Assembly: GCA_964016885.1 (NCBI GenBank)
Contig: OZ024755.1
Span: 26,350,001-26,414,000, forward strand
Length of the DNA stretch: 64,000 bases
Direction of reading: 5' to 3'
Origin: Eledone cirrhosa
Lineage: Eukaryota
Below, piece by piece: positions 13,371-27,157 of the stretch. Position numbers and translations under genes: made by a program. Under the pieces are notes generated by a model. It searched no databases. It was not told the origin of the DNA and was given only the letters and a program-made list of their open reading frames with translations. The first letter of the stretch is position 1. Each line of letters opens with the position of its first letter.

Positions 13371-13380
13371 AATAGGTGGT

Positions 13381-13520
13381 GGACCTCTGCAGAGTTTCTG
13401 CCGACTAAATTTGTTCGGGAAAGTATTTAGTCAATACGAAGTTATAGTAGAAAACACTTGCCCAATGTGATTTGAACCTAGAATCATGTGTTTTTGAAGG
13501 AAACTTCTTAACTACACAGA
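13381..13520 (-). mobile_element. Degenerate CORE-type SINE (second OR-like family)
   Basis: Minus strand: ggttcaaatcacattgggcaagtgttttctactata. Confidence 0.55.
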
Positions 13521-13709
13521 TATCTTTTATATTCACCAGAATTTATTAGTTAAAATTAAGTCTATGAACGATAGAAATTTATATTCCTTAGCAAAGAAGG
13601 AAAAGGAATGGTTTGAATATTAAATAACTCATTAAATAAAATACTTAAACTAGTAAAGGAATAAAATAATACGTACATACATACACATACAGACATAAGT
13701 GCATACATA

Positions 13710-13740
<31 letters not shown>

Positions 13741-15010
13741 CTTCTTCTTCTTCTTCTTCTTCTTCTTCTTCTTCTTCTTCTTCTTCTTCTTCTTCTTCTT
13801 TTTCTTTTTCTTTTTCTTCTTCTTCTTCTTGACATTTTAGACATGGCTACCTACCTCCTCACTTTTCAGAAGTTGTGTATTTAGAACTAAATCATCTAAT
13901 GAGTTATTTTTGTCATTTTGAAGACATTCGGATTACATTGTGATTACATGGCTATTTCGTTGTTATTTCTAGCAGAACAATTAACCATAGCTCTCTATCT
14001 GTTTGGTGTCGAAATATACTTTCTCTACAATGTCAAAATATATTACGGAGAACATCAAATAAAGTAGAAACAATTATTTATGTTTCTATTTCGTTTTCTC
14101 CCTCATATTTTTATATTTTTGCATTACTCATTGGAAGTTATTTGACGTAAAATCTGTGATAAAATGACACATCTGTAAAACCTATCAGTTTACAACAATC
14201 TAGACATTTTCATAAATTACCTGCTAGCGCTTGCAATTCTGATCATTGTAAGATTAGTTTCCAAATAATCATTTACATCTATTACAAGTATGACTCTACT
14301 TCAAAAATCATGAGGGAATATCTTATATTTTAGTGCTGAAAAATTAACCATATTATGACATATCATAACACACAGCCATAAGACTAGATGAGCTATAAAC
14401 TATTGTACATTCGAGACATTCACTTCTAATAAAAAAGGAATTATGAATGAAGAAACATAGAGATGAAACATTCAATGCTTTACTTGGCAATTATCACGAG
14501 GCTGAAGGCTTTGAATTCATGAGCTATATTTCTCTGAACGTGAATAGAAAGGTAATCATACTAGTGAGAACAACGGCCTAATGTTCCTTCTTCTCGAACT
14601 ACTGCAGAAATCTAATGAAGAACCATGTATTCAGCTATCAGACTAGCCGTTTCAAACCCCAGAATATGAAAGTAACAACAGGTTATTTAGGAATTTCCAT
14701 TGTGTACCATAGGTTCCTCAGAATATCCAGTGTTTAAAGTTTTTAAGGAACCTGTAGCACATCACAAGCGTAAACATAGACACACACACAGAGACAAACA
14801 CACATACACACGCACGCACACATATATATATATATATCATGGACTTCTGTACAGCCCCTCTCCACCAAATTTTACTCAATGCAAGAGAATTGTAGAAGGC
14901 GCTTCGCATGTGTGCTACTCTGTGGAATTGAAGTTCAAACCAGGTAATGGCGAAACAATTTCCTGACATATACAGCTATGTGTATGCTTAAATATATTCA
15001 CACACACACA

Positions 15011-15104
<94 letters not shown>

Positions 15105-15799
15105 CAAAGTGAATGTAGTTCATTTATCTAATTTTCTGCCGGGATTCGTAGACTAGAGTATTGGATATTTTTTTTCTTGTTTCAAGTGAATTTCATCGAT
15201 TTTCAATTGGCTGTATATAATATTCCTGTTTATATGATGTTGCCTTTTATATGTTTTCGGATACATACTGTCTCTTTGTTCACGGTGTTGCATAACGACA
15301 TTTGTTCAGCTGGCTGTTGAATACCACAAAAACCGAATCTGTAGCTACGGCACTTGCTTTCGTCTAAGTACATCTGCAGGTAACAGCAATAGCTAAATAA
15401 TCAATACTGTACAATACGTAGATGTTCAAGTTTATATCGTGCAAAACTATTAGCTATGAGGTCATCAACGCTTGTGTAGTCACCAGTTATACTCTGTCCA
15501 CGGTAAAAATGCCTTGTAGCTCTCAATAGCCAAGTTCATTTAATTCTAGTAAGTTTTATTGATTCAAGTTTTATGATTCACCGTTAGTAATAGTAACGTG
15601 ATTCTAGTTCATTGTCTTGCAGAGTTTTCAGTAAACGTTCTGCAGTAATGGAAGAAGTGTCTCTCATCCACTTAATGCTACAGAAGTCATAGTTCATAAA
15701 TAGATCTATAAAACATTGTAGTGTTGACAGGATTAGCTAAACAACGCCAAAGTACACAACGCACTCAGTACCGGAATAGTAGATATTTAGATAGCAAAC

Positions 15800-16012
15800 G
15801 GCGTGGATTTATAGTATATGTAGAGTGTCGGACAACATACTTTGCGGCATACGGCTCTTTACGCACTGAATTCAAATTCCGTCAAGGTTAGCTTTGTCTT
15901 TCATTCTTATCGAGTCAATAAAATCAAGTACCAGTAACGCACTGAAGTCGATTTAGTTGTCTTTCTCCTTCCTTTCAAATTGCTGGCTTTGTGCCAAAAG
16001 TAGAAACAATTA
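15800..16012 (+). mobile_element. Older SINE family A copy
   Basis: B-box, central domain and gtagaaacaatta tail are recognisable. Confidence 0.8.
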
Positions 16013-17328
16013 TTTAGACAGCATAATCCTCCAAACATACATAACTAATGTAGTATACAATGGTCATGTGACAGTGGCTAGTATCATAATATATCGCCTA
16101 TTTGGTAAATATGTTAACAGATGATTCACAATACATTTCCCAAGCATTATACCAGATAAAGTAATACTTTTATTTTGAGTTAATTAACGAAACACAAAAC
16201 CTAATCTTATATAATTCGTTCTCTATCGATCATTTTAAATATGTAAAAACATCGCAGATTGAAAGACGAAACCCCCCCCCCCCCCAAAAAAAAACAAAGA
16301 AGCCCAAAACAATATGTTCAAGATCATTATAGGCATTTAACTTAGAAAGATAGAAAGTTAGGAAGATAGAAGCATTTATCATACAATCCATGAACCCTGT
16401 GACCAGAAAATAAGCAGCGTATCATGAGTAATCTCTCGCATGACATGATTTAAATGCTCATACAAAACCGGATAGGACACTGAGCACGCTTACATTTGAA
16501 ACAAAGGTTTGATGAAGGAAGGAATCTTAAGAAATTATGTCTTGACAGGGATTAAAGCTATCCGAATACATGGAAATACTATGAAACAGTATAAATATTT
16601 AAATATACAAAATATATACATATGTTTATAGATGAGAATAATGTTTCATGTATATTTTCGTAGCATTTAATAGCGAAAGTGAGATAAATATCCCCTTCCA
16701 CAAGACCTGAATTCAGCTCTACATGACGAAACACTAGATGGTTGTCGTTGTTTACTGCAGTGAATTATAGAAATTGGAATACTTGGCAAGAACATACTAA
16801 AAACTGTTTTACGATCAGGCTTTTAATGATACATCTCTGAAATAAGTGCTGTTTCTAACGCAGACATACACAGATAGATAGATAGATTGATACATACATA
16901 ATATATACACGCACACATACATACATACAAACATACATACATGTGTGAATATGTATTAATATTACCGTTTTAAGGAACATTATATATATATATATACAGA
17001 GAGAGAGAGAGAGAGGACAAAATATTGTCATAAACTTACAACTGTCTTTACGTACAAAAACTACATAATTTCTTATTGACTGTAGGCGAGTGAACATGTG
17101 TGATAGAAAGTAAGAGAGTAAGAAATGTTCGCCAGAGAGGGAATTATATTAAATTAAATTTACTGATTCACACGTTGGCTCAAAATAAAAGCATTACTCC
17201 ATCTGTAACACATATTCACACCTATATATTTTCATGTATAAACTAACATATATATTTAGCCATTAATGTTTTGTTGCATATTCAAACACACACACACATG
17301 CACTCAAACATACACACATATATAGAAC

Positions 17329-17378
<50 letters not shown>

Positions 17379-17472
17379 GTATTCATATACGTAAATGTTT
17401 CTGTTGTATATAGGAATTATATATATATATATTTTTTTGGGATAAAATTCCTATAAACAACAGAAACATTTA

Positions 17473-17495
17473 TATATATTTATTCATATGTATAC

Positions 17496-17566
<71 letters not shown>

Positions 17567-17894
17567 CATATGTATAAATATATATATATATATACATATG
17601 TATAAATATATATATATATATACATATGTATAAATATATATATATATATACATATGTATAAATATATATATATATACATATATATATATACATATGTATA
17701 AATATATATATATATACATATGTATAAATATATATATATATACATATGTATAAATATATCTATATATACATATATATATATATACAGATACATATGTATA
17801 AATATATATATATATATATATACATATGTATAAATATATATATATATATATATACATATGTATAAATATATATATATATATATATATACATATG

Positions 17895-17950
<56 letters not shown>

Positions 17951-18236
17951 TACATATGTATAAATATATATATATATATATATACATATGTATAAATATA
18001 TATATATATATATACATATGTATAAATATATATATATATATATATACATATGTATAAATATATATATATATACATATGTCTAAATATATATATATATATA
18101 TATGTATACATATGTATAAATATATATATATATATATACATATGTATAAATATATATATATATATATACATATGTATAAATATATATATATACATATGTA
18201 TAAATATATATATATATATATATATGTATACATATG

Positions 18237-18279
<43 letters not shown>

Positions 18280-18496
18280 GTATAAATATATATATATATA
18301 TATATGTATAAATATATATATATATATATATACATATGTATAAATATATATATATATACATATGTATAAATATATCTATATATACATATGTATAAATATA
18401 TATATATACATATGTATAAATATATATATATATATACATATGTATAAATATATATATATATACATATGTATAAATATATATATATATATACATATG

Positions 18497-18561
<65 letters not shown>

Positions 18562-19151
18562 GTATAAATATATATATATATATATATACATATGTATAAA
18601 TATTTATATATAAATATATATATATATTTATACATATGTATATATATATATACATATGTATAAATATATATATATATATACATATGTATAAATATATATA
18701 TATATATACATATGTATAAATATATATATATATATATACATATGTATAAATATATATATATATATATATATAAATATATATATATATACATATGTATAAA
18801 TATATATATATATCTATACATATGTATAAATATATATATATATATATACATATGTATAAATATATATATATATATATGTATAAATATATATATATATATA
18901 TACATATGTATAAATATATATATATATATATACATATGTATAAATATATATATATATATACATATGTATAAATATATATATATATATATATATACATATG
19001 TATAAATATATATATATATATATATACATATGTATAAATATATATATATATATACATATGTATAAATATATATATATATATACATATGTATAAATATATA
19101 TATATATATGTATAAATATATATATATATGTATACATATGTATAAATATAC
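17473..19151. repeat. TA-derived minisatellite of about 1.7 kb, unit tacatatgtataaa(ta)n
   Basis: Dozens of copies of catatgtataaa separated by (TA)n of variable length. Confidence 0.95.
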
Positions 19152-19999
19152 ATAAATGTTTCTGTTGTATATAGGAATTTTATTTAAAAAAAAAAAAAAT
19201 ATATATATATATGCATATTTTAACATGGTCGTATCAAGGTATCAAGAGAAAAATATATAATAGACACACACGCACACAGACACACACACATATGCGCGCG
19301 CGTGCGTATATATAATATTCTGTTTATCCACTCCCATTGTATGTATATATTTTTCTGTCGAGGAAATCAATACGGAAGACACTATCTAATACCAATAATC
19401 TCTCTTCCATTATCGGAATATATTCTTCGATCCTATATTTGTTTCCAAGCTTTACACAAACAATAAACACTGTATTTTTTGAATAGTTTACTTTTGCTTT
19501 TATCTCTATATTTAATCGAATTTGCTCTCATCTCTTCTTCGAAAGTATCTGCAATAACTTGATTAAATCATCTTGCTATATTTATGAAATTTTATGGTTA
19601 TATATAAGTTAGGTTTATTGGGAAGGTTCCTGTTGTTGATTTTTGTTTGTTTTTATTGCGGTTTTCGTCATCCTTTTTCCTTACTGGTGTTGTTGATATT
19701 GTTGTGTATATAAGTTTCTAGAAGACCGATCACTTCATGATTATTTGCCGCGAGTGCTGTACAACATGAGCTAGATTAGGTGGTGACTTGATTTCGCAAC
19801 ATGTCTGGAAGCCATTTTATTCCATTCCCACTTCTGATTACTTTTGTAAAAGTAGTTGAATTATTGACCACTGCCTTTTTAGTGCACTGGTTAAAGCACT
19901 CTCACTGCATTAAAAAAAATGTGGGGCTCGATCCTTGTAAGCACCCCTGTCCACTGTTTTTTGGTTTCCAGGTGTACCTTATATAATAATAATAATAAA

Positions 20000-20700
20000 C
20001 ACCATATTTACAAGGAGTAGGCTAGCCCACTGTGTAGGATCTGTGGAAAGAGAGAGAGAGAGAGAGAGAGAGGAGACTGTGGCTCACATTGTACCCGAGT
20101 GTAAACACCTAGCCCAGACGCACTATAAAGGCTGGGGACATGATGTGATGGGCAGGGTGATCCACTGGCGCCTATGAATGGTAAACAATTTACCACATTC
20201 TGAGAAGTGGTATGAGCATAAGCCAGAGTCGGTGATAGAAAACGATCAGGTGAAGGTGCTATGGGATTTTAGGATACAGACGGAAAAGAAACTGCAACAC
20301 AATAGGCCTGACCTGGTGGTTTTGGACAAGGAAAAAAGATCGTGCCTGATTGTAGATGTAGCCTGCCCATTTGACACGAGAGTGCAAGAAAAGGAGAGGG
20401 AGAAAATTAACCGATATCAGGACTTAAAGTGGGAGGTAAAAAGGATTTGGAACTGCCATGAAGCCAGAGTCGTCCCGATTGTCATAGGCGCACTAGGTAC
20501 TATCTCAAAGAGTTTCCAAGGATGGTTAAAGAGAGTTAGTCCAGCCCCGCTTTTTGGAACACTTCAAAAGGCATGCTTGCTAGGAACAGCAAGAACCCTC
20601 CGATACGTCCTGAATATCTGAGGCTGCAGGTAGCGGCTTGATATTCATTTCAACAAACTTTCCAGTTAAATAACATCAATGACTGAGACTCAAAGAATAA
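20000..20700 (+). mobile_element. R4/Dong-clade non-LTR retrotransposon 3' fragment (CCHC knuckle + restriction-like endonuclease)
   Basis: SPLCRICG...ETVAHIVPEC is followed by ORF 20178..20621 (KWYEH..VLWDF.IQT...NRPDLVV...IVDVACPFD...RYQDL...PIVIGALG...LQKACLLGT). (TAA)n flanks at 19984-19998 and about 20696-20713 match the known Dong target. Confidence 0.9.
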
Positions 20701-20709
20701 CAATAATAA

Positions 20710-21125
20710 TAATTGTTTCTACTTTAGAAACAAGGCCAGAAATTACCCAGTACATTACTGGTACTTTATTTTATCGACCCCGTAAGGATGAAAGACAAAG
20801 TCAACCTCGGCGGGATTTGAACTCAGATCGTAAAGGGACGTAACTATGCTGGAAAGCATGGCGTCCGACCCTCTACCGATACTGCCAATCCACTGCCCTA
20901 TTAACAATAATAATAATAATAATTGTTTCTAGTATAAGCACAAGGCCAGTAATTTTTTTTGGGGTGGGGGGATGGGAAAGTCAATTAAATCGACCCTAGT
21001 ACGTTACTGGTGCTTTATTTTATCGACCCCGTAAAGATGAAAGGCAAAGTTAACCTTGGCGGGATTTGAACTCAGAACGTAAAGGTACGTAACTCTATGC
21101 TGCTAAGCATGTTGTCCGACGCTCT
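20710..21125 (-). mobile_element. Two SINE family A copies in a (TAA)n context
   Basis: Copies at about 20710-20899 and 20920-21125. Confidence 0.9.
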
Positions 21126-21140
21126 AGTGGTTTTACTACT

Positions 21141-21432
21141 AATAATAATGAGTATGAACGATGTGTCAGAATATCATAATTATGTTTATTCATGTGTGAC
21201 GTATTTCGCGATCGATCATCTCAAGATACAATCAGTATCGGTCGTACTCTACTCTGGAATCGATAGCTTATCAGACTCATTAAGGAAACCACAAGTCTGA
21301 TAAGCAATCGATTCCAGCGTCGGGCTCGATCGATACTGATTGTACCTTGAGCTGATCGATCGCGAAATGCGCGTCACACGTGAATAAATATAATTATGAT
21401 ATTCTGTCACCTCGTCCTTACTCATTATTATT
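21141..21432. mobile_element. Fold-back (head-to-head) duplicated element end; each arm holds an HHR-like motif; flanked by (TAA)n
   Basis: Imperfect inverted arms of about 137 bp (21141-21277 / 21294-21432). Plus arm: gt-CTGATAA-gcaatcgat...atcgatcgc-GAAA-tgcgcg-TC-ac (21295-21377). The mirror motif is at 21196-21276 on the minus strand. Confidence 0.7.
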
Positions 21433-21557
21433 TTTAATCACTCTTTGCTTATGAAGGATTCCAACCACAGTGTAACACCAAATGTGCAATATCACATAGG
21501 AGACCAACCCCACTTATGCATCGAGTGCTCAAACAGCTGAACCAATAATAACGTAAC

Positions 21558-21635
<78 letters not shown>

Positions 21636-21806
21636 ACACACACACTCACACACACACACATATATATATACGTCAATACTCATCTTTTTCCATTTCGTAG
21701 AGGGTTCTAAACCCCACTATCAGGCTAAAATTTCATAGTAAAAAATATGGCGAAAGCTTCTTTTTCTATTTTCAAACTCGCTCGCTGTTTCAAAAACAAA
21801 CTTACT

Positions 21807-21855
<49 letters not shown>

Positions 21856-24674
21856 CTCACAATCCAAGTGTGAATGTCTTTGTTTTCCTATATTATCACA
21901 ATAACTTTGAAGTAAGTTATTAGTTAATGAAATTATTAAAGTAGCGTATCTTGTTTATCGTTCGTTCACTGCGGAATTTCACACACCACTTTATATGGTA
22001 CAGGTCAACTTTCACATACACCCATCAAGCCAAGGTTTATTACTAGGAATATTCCTGCCACGACACAATGAACCACGGACTAATTCCAACAAAGAACACC
22101 TATAACGTCAACTTATCTACCGCCATTTATCCACCTTATTTTGAGGTCTGGTACATCGTTCTTCGTTATGCTATATTTCACTATTCCACACAACCTTACC
22201 ATTGGTAAATAAAATACGGTTACATAATAGGTCAACAGGGGAAGATATATTAAGATTTATTACTATAGCGCATTTCTGGGATTAATTGTTAGATCTCTAT
22301 TTTCACCAATAAATAGAGCGGCAATTTCCTTACTTGTTGGAAAATTGTAATGTATGTCTGGGACTCATCTGAAATACAGTTCATATTTGAAATGAACTGT
22401 ATTCTCTCTAAGTACGCGTGTCTATTCTTGCAGCTATATGAAACGAGTATTTATATATACTTCAACCTATATGTTGTAAATCTTTGTATATTTTATTGCG
22501 GTTATCACACTGGCAAACATTCTAAATTTTGAGGTTATTTTATTCTCTATTGTAAAGCTTCGAATACAGAATAAAAATAAAATAGTGTATCTCTCCTTGA
22601 AGTCTAAAACATTATGGTATTTTACCTTCAGTTGCAGTAAATTTTGCATTAAATAAATCAGAAAAACCTGAAATTTATAGCTTCTTCATTATTCGAAACA
22701 AAGTGTAATTTCGGTTCATCTGAATCTCAAAACACAATATCTGTCCATTTCCCCAATTTTATATGGTTCAGCTACGACATATTAAATCTAAAGTTTTATC
22801 ATAGGAGCACGAAGCAATCATTGACGTTGTCGGCTTACATGACTACTTCTCAAATTAAGCATGGTTCATGATTTTGGTAGTATTCAGCTCCTTTCTTGAG
22901 GTTCTTCCTGATATTTTGCCTGCTGTTCTTCGTTCAAGTTATTTCATCGAAAGTCTTTCTCGGCAGTGACTTATAATCAGCTTGCTGTTCACCGCCCATG
23001 ATTACTCTTCATTTCCTTTCGTTTTTTTCTTTTTCATACCACAATTACTCTATACCTCAATGCTTTGATTATACATTGATTTTGGTTATACGTTGGGTTT
23101 TACCTTACAATTTCTGTAATTTCTTGTCTTTGCCTTTTTCTTACCTTCTGCTCGAATCGTTGGATTCTTTCGAAGTCTTCGATTTTGTTTAAATGTGGGG
23201 ATAAAATTCTTAATCAAATTTTGCATTGGTGTAAAAAGCTGTTGTGAAATAAAATAAAATTTGTTATACAAATATTTTCTTTTGTAATGAAGAATTTGAG
23301 CAATTATTGAAAGATATTAGAGATGTTTGTAATGATGGATTTGAGCAATTATTTGTATATGTTATATCAATTTATCCTTTATATTAAGAAAAGATACATA
23401 ATACTTTCACTTTTCATCTAGGAAAACGCTTTCACATTTTTGTTGAGCAAAATCACTTTTCTGTTTGCGTTCGAATGCTGTTTAATATCAGGGGAGAATA
23501 AAATTTGTGAAAAAATGCAAAACGTCTGAAATATATCAAAACGATAAAATATGATAAAATAATCAAGAAACTGAAATACTCCATGTTACGTCTATTTCAT
23601 ACATTTCTCAAATAGTATTTTAATTATTTTCTTCAAGTAATATAGATGAATATGTGAAGATGTATTGAAAAGCGTATTTGTAAAGATGTATTGCATTTGC
23701 ATATTTGTGTCACTGAACATGTACATAACTTAACGCCTGAGGTTATAAAATTTTAACATTGATTCACTCATATATATATATCTAACAAAAGACGCAAACA
23801 TACATGGAAATTGTCTGATTATATACACACACTGACGTTCAGAGGCAAAGGACACACAGACTTTTCATAACTATAACTGTATATAACTATTTCTAAACAC
23901 ACACACACACACATACATATATATATGTATGTATATGTATGACTATGTGGGTGTGCATGTGAGTAAGTGTGTGTGAGGGGTATTCTCGGCATAAACTTTA
24001 TACATACAAAGAGAGTCTCACTACATTAACATGGTCAGTGGGAAAATATTGCAATCAACTGAGACTATCCTCGTAATTACACAGCTGAAACTCCCACAGA
24101 AATGGAGGGAAATAACTTACGGCAAAAATGTGATGGGAAACCAGTGATTAACCATTTAGCATTTAAACTAGCCGTAACCGTCCAGAAATCTCAAATCTCT
24201 CTCTGCTCAATCCGGCCATAACCGGCTGCTCACACTTATGTTAAAGTATTGTTCTCAAACTAAATATCAGTATCTCATATATTCGATATTACTGTGAAAA
24301 TATGATAGTATATATAGAGTAATGTAAATGTTAGAGTTAACCTGACTTACTGACAGCATACCGTTTAGAAATGGTCAGTAACTTGTTCATCAACATTTAT
24401 TTTGCCATAAGGTATTTAATTTTCTCTTTGTGTCACCCACTCTGTCATTCTTTTTTTGAATTTTTATTTTTATTTTTGGGTGTGTATTATTTATTTGAAA
24501 TGAAATTATGGCCAGATTATAACATTGTACTGTCAAAGTATCTGCTGCTCTCCGATATGTTTTCAGAAAAACACATTAAAAAATTAACTGTCACAGCCAA
24601 TATCAAACTGTGAGGGAAGCATTTACGACCATACTTAAATATGGAATGATACGCGATGCCCCCCCCCCCCACAC

Positions 24675-25525
24675 ACAGCCCCGGCGGTCAGAATGGAGAA
24701 GGCGTTTTCCCGGCGGACGGCAAGGGAGACGCGCTGGAAAAGTCACTCCAACTCGTGGGGCTCACACTTGTGGCCGGCCAGCTCAGCGCTTATGGAGGTG
24801 AGTAGGGAGGTAGCCCTAGGGCCGAGGACACCAGAAGTCATCACTGACAAGGGTACAACCGCAAACCTGTCGGAGAGCGACCGGTATTTGAGGAGTTTAG
24901 CCTCCTCAGCCCGACGTGCAGCAGAACCCGAGTTAGTCGCAGACTGCACCAGGTTGCGGCTGCAGAAAGTATCGGTGCAACTGGCATCTCAGACGAGGGG
25001 TTTGCCACCGCGGAACGGGAAGATAGTCATGTCATCTGGCCTTTTGCCGTCCCCTCGGTCCAGCCCCACCGGCTCGAGCTGGGAAGGGAAGCCTGTAGCG
25101 TCCAAGCCATGCTTTATGACCTCGTTGAGGGCAGCATGGCGTGGAAGGCGGCTGGCACTGTGGCGACAGGAAAGCGGGTGGAGGCCGAAAGAGTCCACGG
25201 TGGATCCGCAGCGACATTGGTGTGGCTCGCAGATCCAGAGGCCGTGCCTCCAGGAGACGCCGATGCACAAGCTATTGTTGTCTAGCTGCGTGCCAGTGGA
25301 GAAGGAGGGCAGGGCATGGAGCCAGGCACCACTGTGGGGTTTGGAGGCCCTACGAAAACAGGCAAGGCGGTGCTGGTCGAGCTGGCGCGTGAGCCTGTCT
25401 GAGGCCAGGCTGCACTGGATGTCATCCCAAGTGCTTTGGGGGGGACTTGACGTCGACAGGGGGTGAAGGGGGAGGGACGTATACTGGAGTAAGTCTCAGC
25501 TGGTCCCACGTCTCACAGGCGGCAA
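24675..25525 (-). mobile_element. CRE-clade non-LTR retrotransposon 3' fragment (zinc knuckle + restriction-like endonuclease), with in-frame stops
   Basis: GC-rich island. Translation: HQCRCG...GLHPLSC...RHAALN...EPVGLDRGDGKRPDDMTIFPFRGGKPLV*DASC...AEEAKLLKY...VPLSVMTSGVLG. Confidence 0.85.
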
Positions 25526-25907
25526 ATATAACAAACTATAAGTCTTCGTATGCAATTTAGTATGCCTTAAATAATCATGTGATATATTCGTATAAAATGC
25601 AATCAAGGGATTACGCATCAAATAAAAAAGGGGGTTAGGGCCGCAATTCTATGTACTCACTTTTTTCTCGAGTCTTCTCGCCATTTTTCATAAGTAGACA
25701 TTTTAAATCTCGAAGCTATGAATAAGTTAAAAAAGAAACGATAAAGAAGATGAACGAAGACTTGCAGATTATAAATTCATTTTATTTTCAAATTCCGTTT
25801 TTAGTACAAGACCCAATTTAGAATCCTGGAAATTTAAAATACACAAAAGCCATATTATCATTTAGCTAGGCTGGAACGCCCATACATTCATACATAGTTA
25901 CATTATG

Positions 25908-25970
<63 letters not shown>

Positions 25971-26603
25971 GATTGAACTGGAGTCTTAGTCTCAGTGACA
26001 TCAAAATTTCGTGAAATGGAGTGTGTGTGGAGATAATTATAAAATCAACACACAGTATACATATATATTCGAACCGTAAAGTGTGTATTCAGACCAACGT
26101 ATATAATGTATGGAAGTAAATATTCCTGCAAACACCACGATACAAATAGTGGACACACAGACAGACACACATATACACATTTATACACGTTTTCAGTGAA
26201 TTCCAAGCACACATACTCATATTTGCTCTGTGTCTTACATCTGTTTCAACAGTTTTCGAGATATGTAGGTTTGCATCTATGTTAGATGCGTGTGAATATT
26301 TGTGTATGTCTATATGTTTGTGAAGGGGCTGTGTATTAGCTGTATATATTTGCTGTTATGTTTCTTGATATGTCTTCTTTTGTTTGGTGACAAAAATCAG
26401 AAGAAAGCGATTCACGCAAAAGTGAAACAACAAAGTGACACATAAACAAACAGTTTGACTGATGATATTTCTGTTCATTATCTAAATGAATATCAAACTA
26501 GTCAACACTCGGGTATCTGTACTTTTTGGAGAACAGTGGTCCGAATATAACAATGGCTTGTTTACTGTCCTCGTAGCTTGATTGCCATTTCAGTCTTCAT
26601 TTG

Positions 26604-26879
26604 TCATTGAGGCGGCTGTGGTGATGAAAACGATGATGGAGAAGGTGAAGATGAGAATGACGACGACGAAGGAGACGACGACGTCGATGAAGAGGACGTG
26701 GCTCCATTGGCGGAAACGCCTGCGTCGACACTTGAACGCGGTTTCTGTAGTTTTTGACCTATCTGTCTAATGTGCTCGCTGTTTTGGGCAAGTATTTCTT
26801 GCTGTCGTTTCTGTTTCCGTCTAGCCGCCGCCAGTTTTTGGCCTTGATACTGGTGCATGTTTAAAGTTTCCAGAAGATC
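26604..26879 (-). CDS. Probable last coding exon C (91 aa + stop): DLLETLNMHQYQGQKLAAARRKQKRQQEILAQ...SSPQPPQ*
   Basis: Acceptor tttatctgttgcag|GAT lies inside ORF 26604..26915. The exon encodes a basic helical segment followed by a Ser-rich tail, and is phase 0, matching exon B. Confidence 0.75.
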   Translation of the reverse strand, partial: DLLETLNMHQYQGQKLAAARRKQKRQQEILAQNSEHIRQIGQKLQKPRSSVDAGVSANGATSSSSTSSSPSSSSFSSSPSPSSFSSPQPPQ

Positions 26880-27125
26880 CTGCAACAGATAAATAGATGA
26901 AGAAATATAATACAATGCAAATCATTTACTTTGATGCGATTTAATCACTGAAGAAAGAAGGAACAGAAATCTTATCCTTCCGGCATGTCTATATGTAAAC
27001 ATATTCTAATACAAACACATATACGGATACACAGAGAGACAAACACAAACACAAACACACACACGCACGCACACACACACACACACACACACGCACATAC
27101 ATACATACATACATACATACATACA

Positions 27126-27156
<31 letters not shown>

Positions 27157-27157
<1 letters not shown>

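Noticed and set aside
17473-19151. Repeat-spacer pattern resembling a CRISPR array
   Set aside because: The spacers are only (TA)n, the context is eukaryotic, and there are no cas genes.
17470-19226. Long ORFs of YI/IY, CV, HT, ER repeats here and throughout the window
   Set aside because: They are translations of dinucleotide microsatellites that lack stop codons.
24693-25466. 257-aa plus-strand ORF
   Set aside because: It is the antisense frame of the GC-rich CRE retrotransposon fragment.
26455-26505. CTGATGA followed by a hairpin and aaactagtc
   Set aside because: The G of GAAA is missing and stem I does not pair at the core; probably chance.
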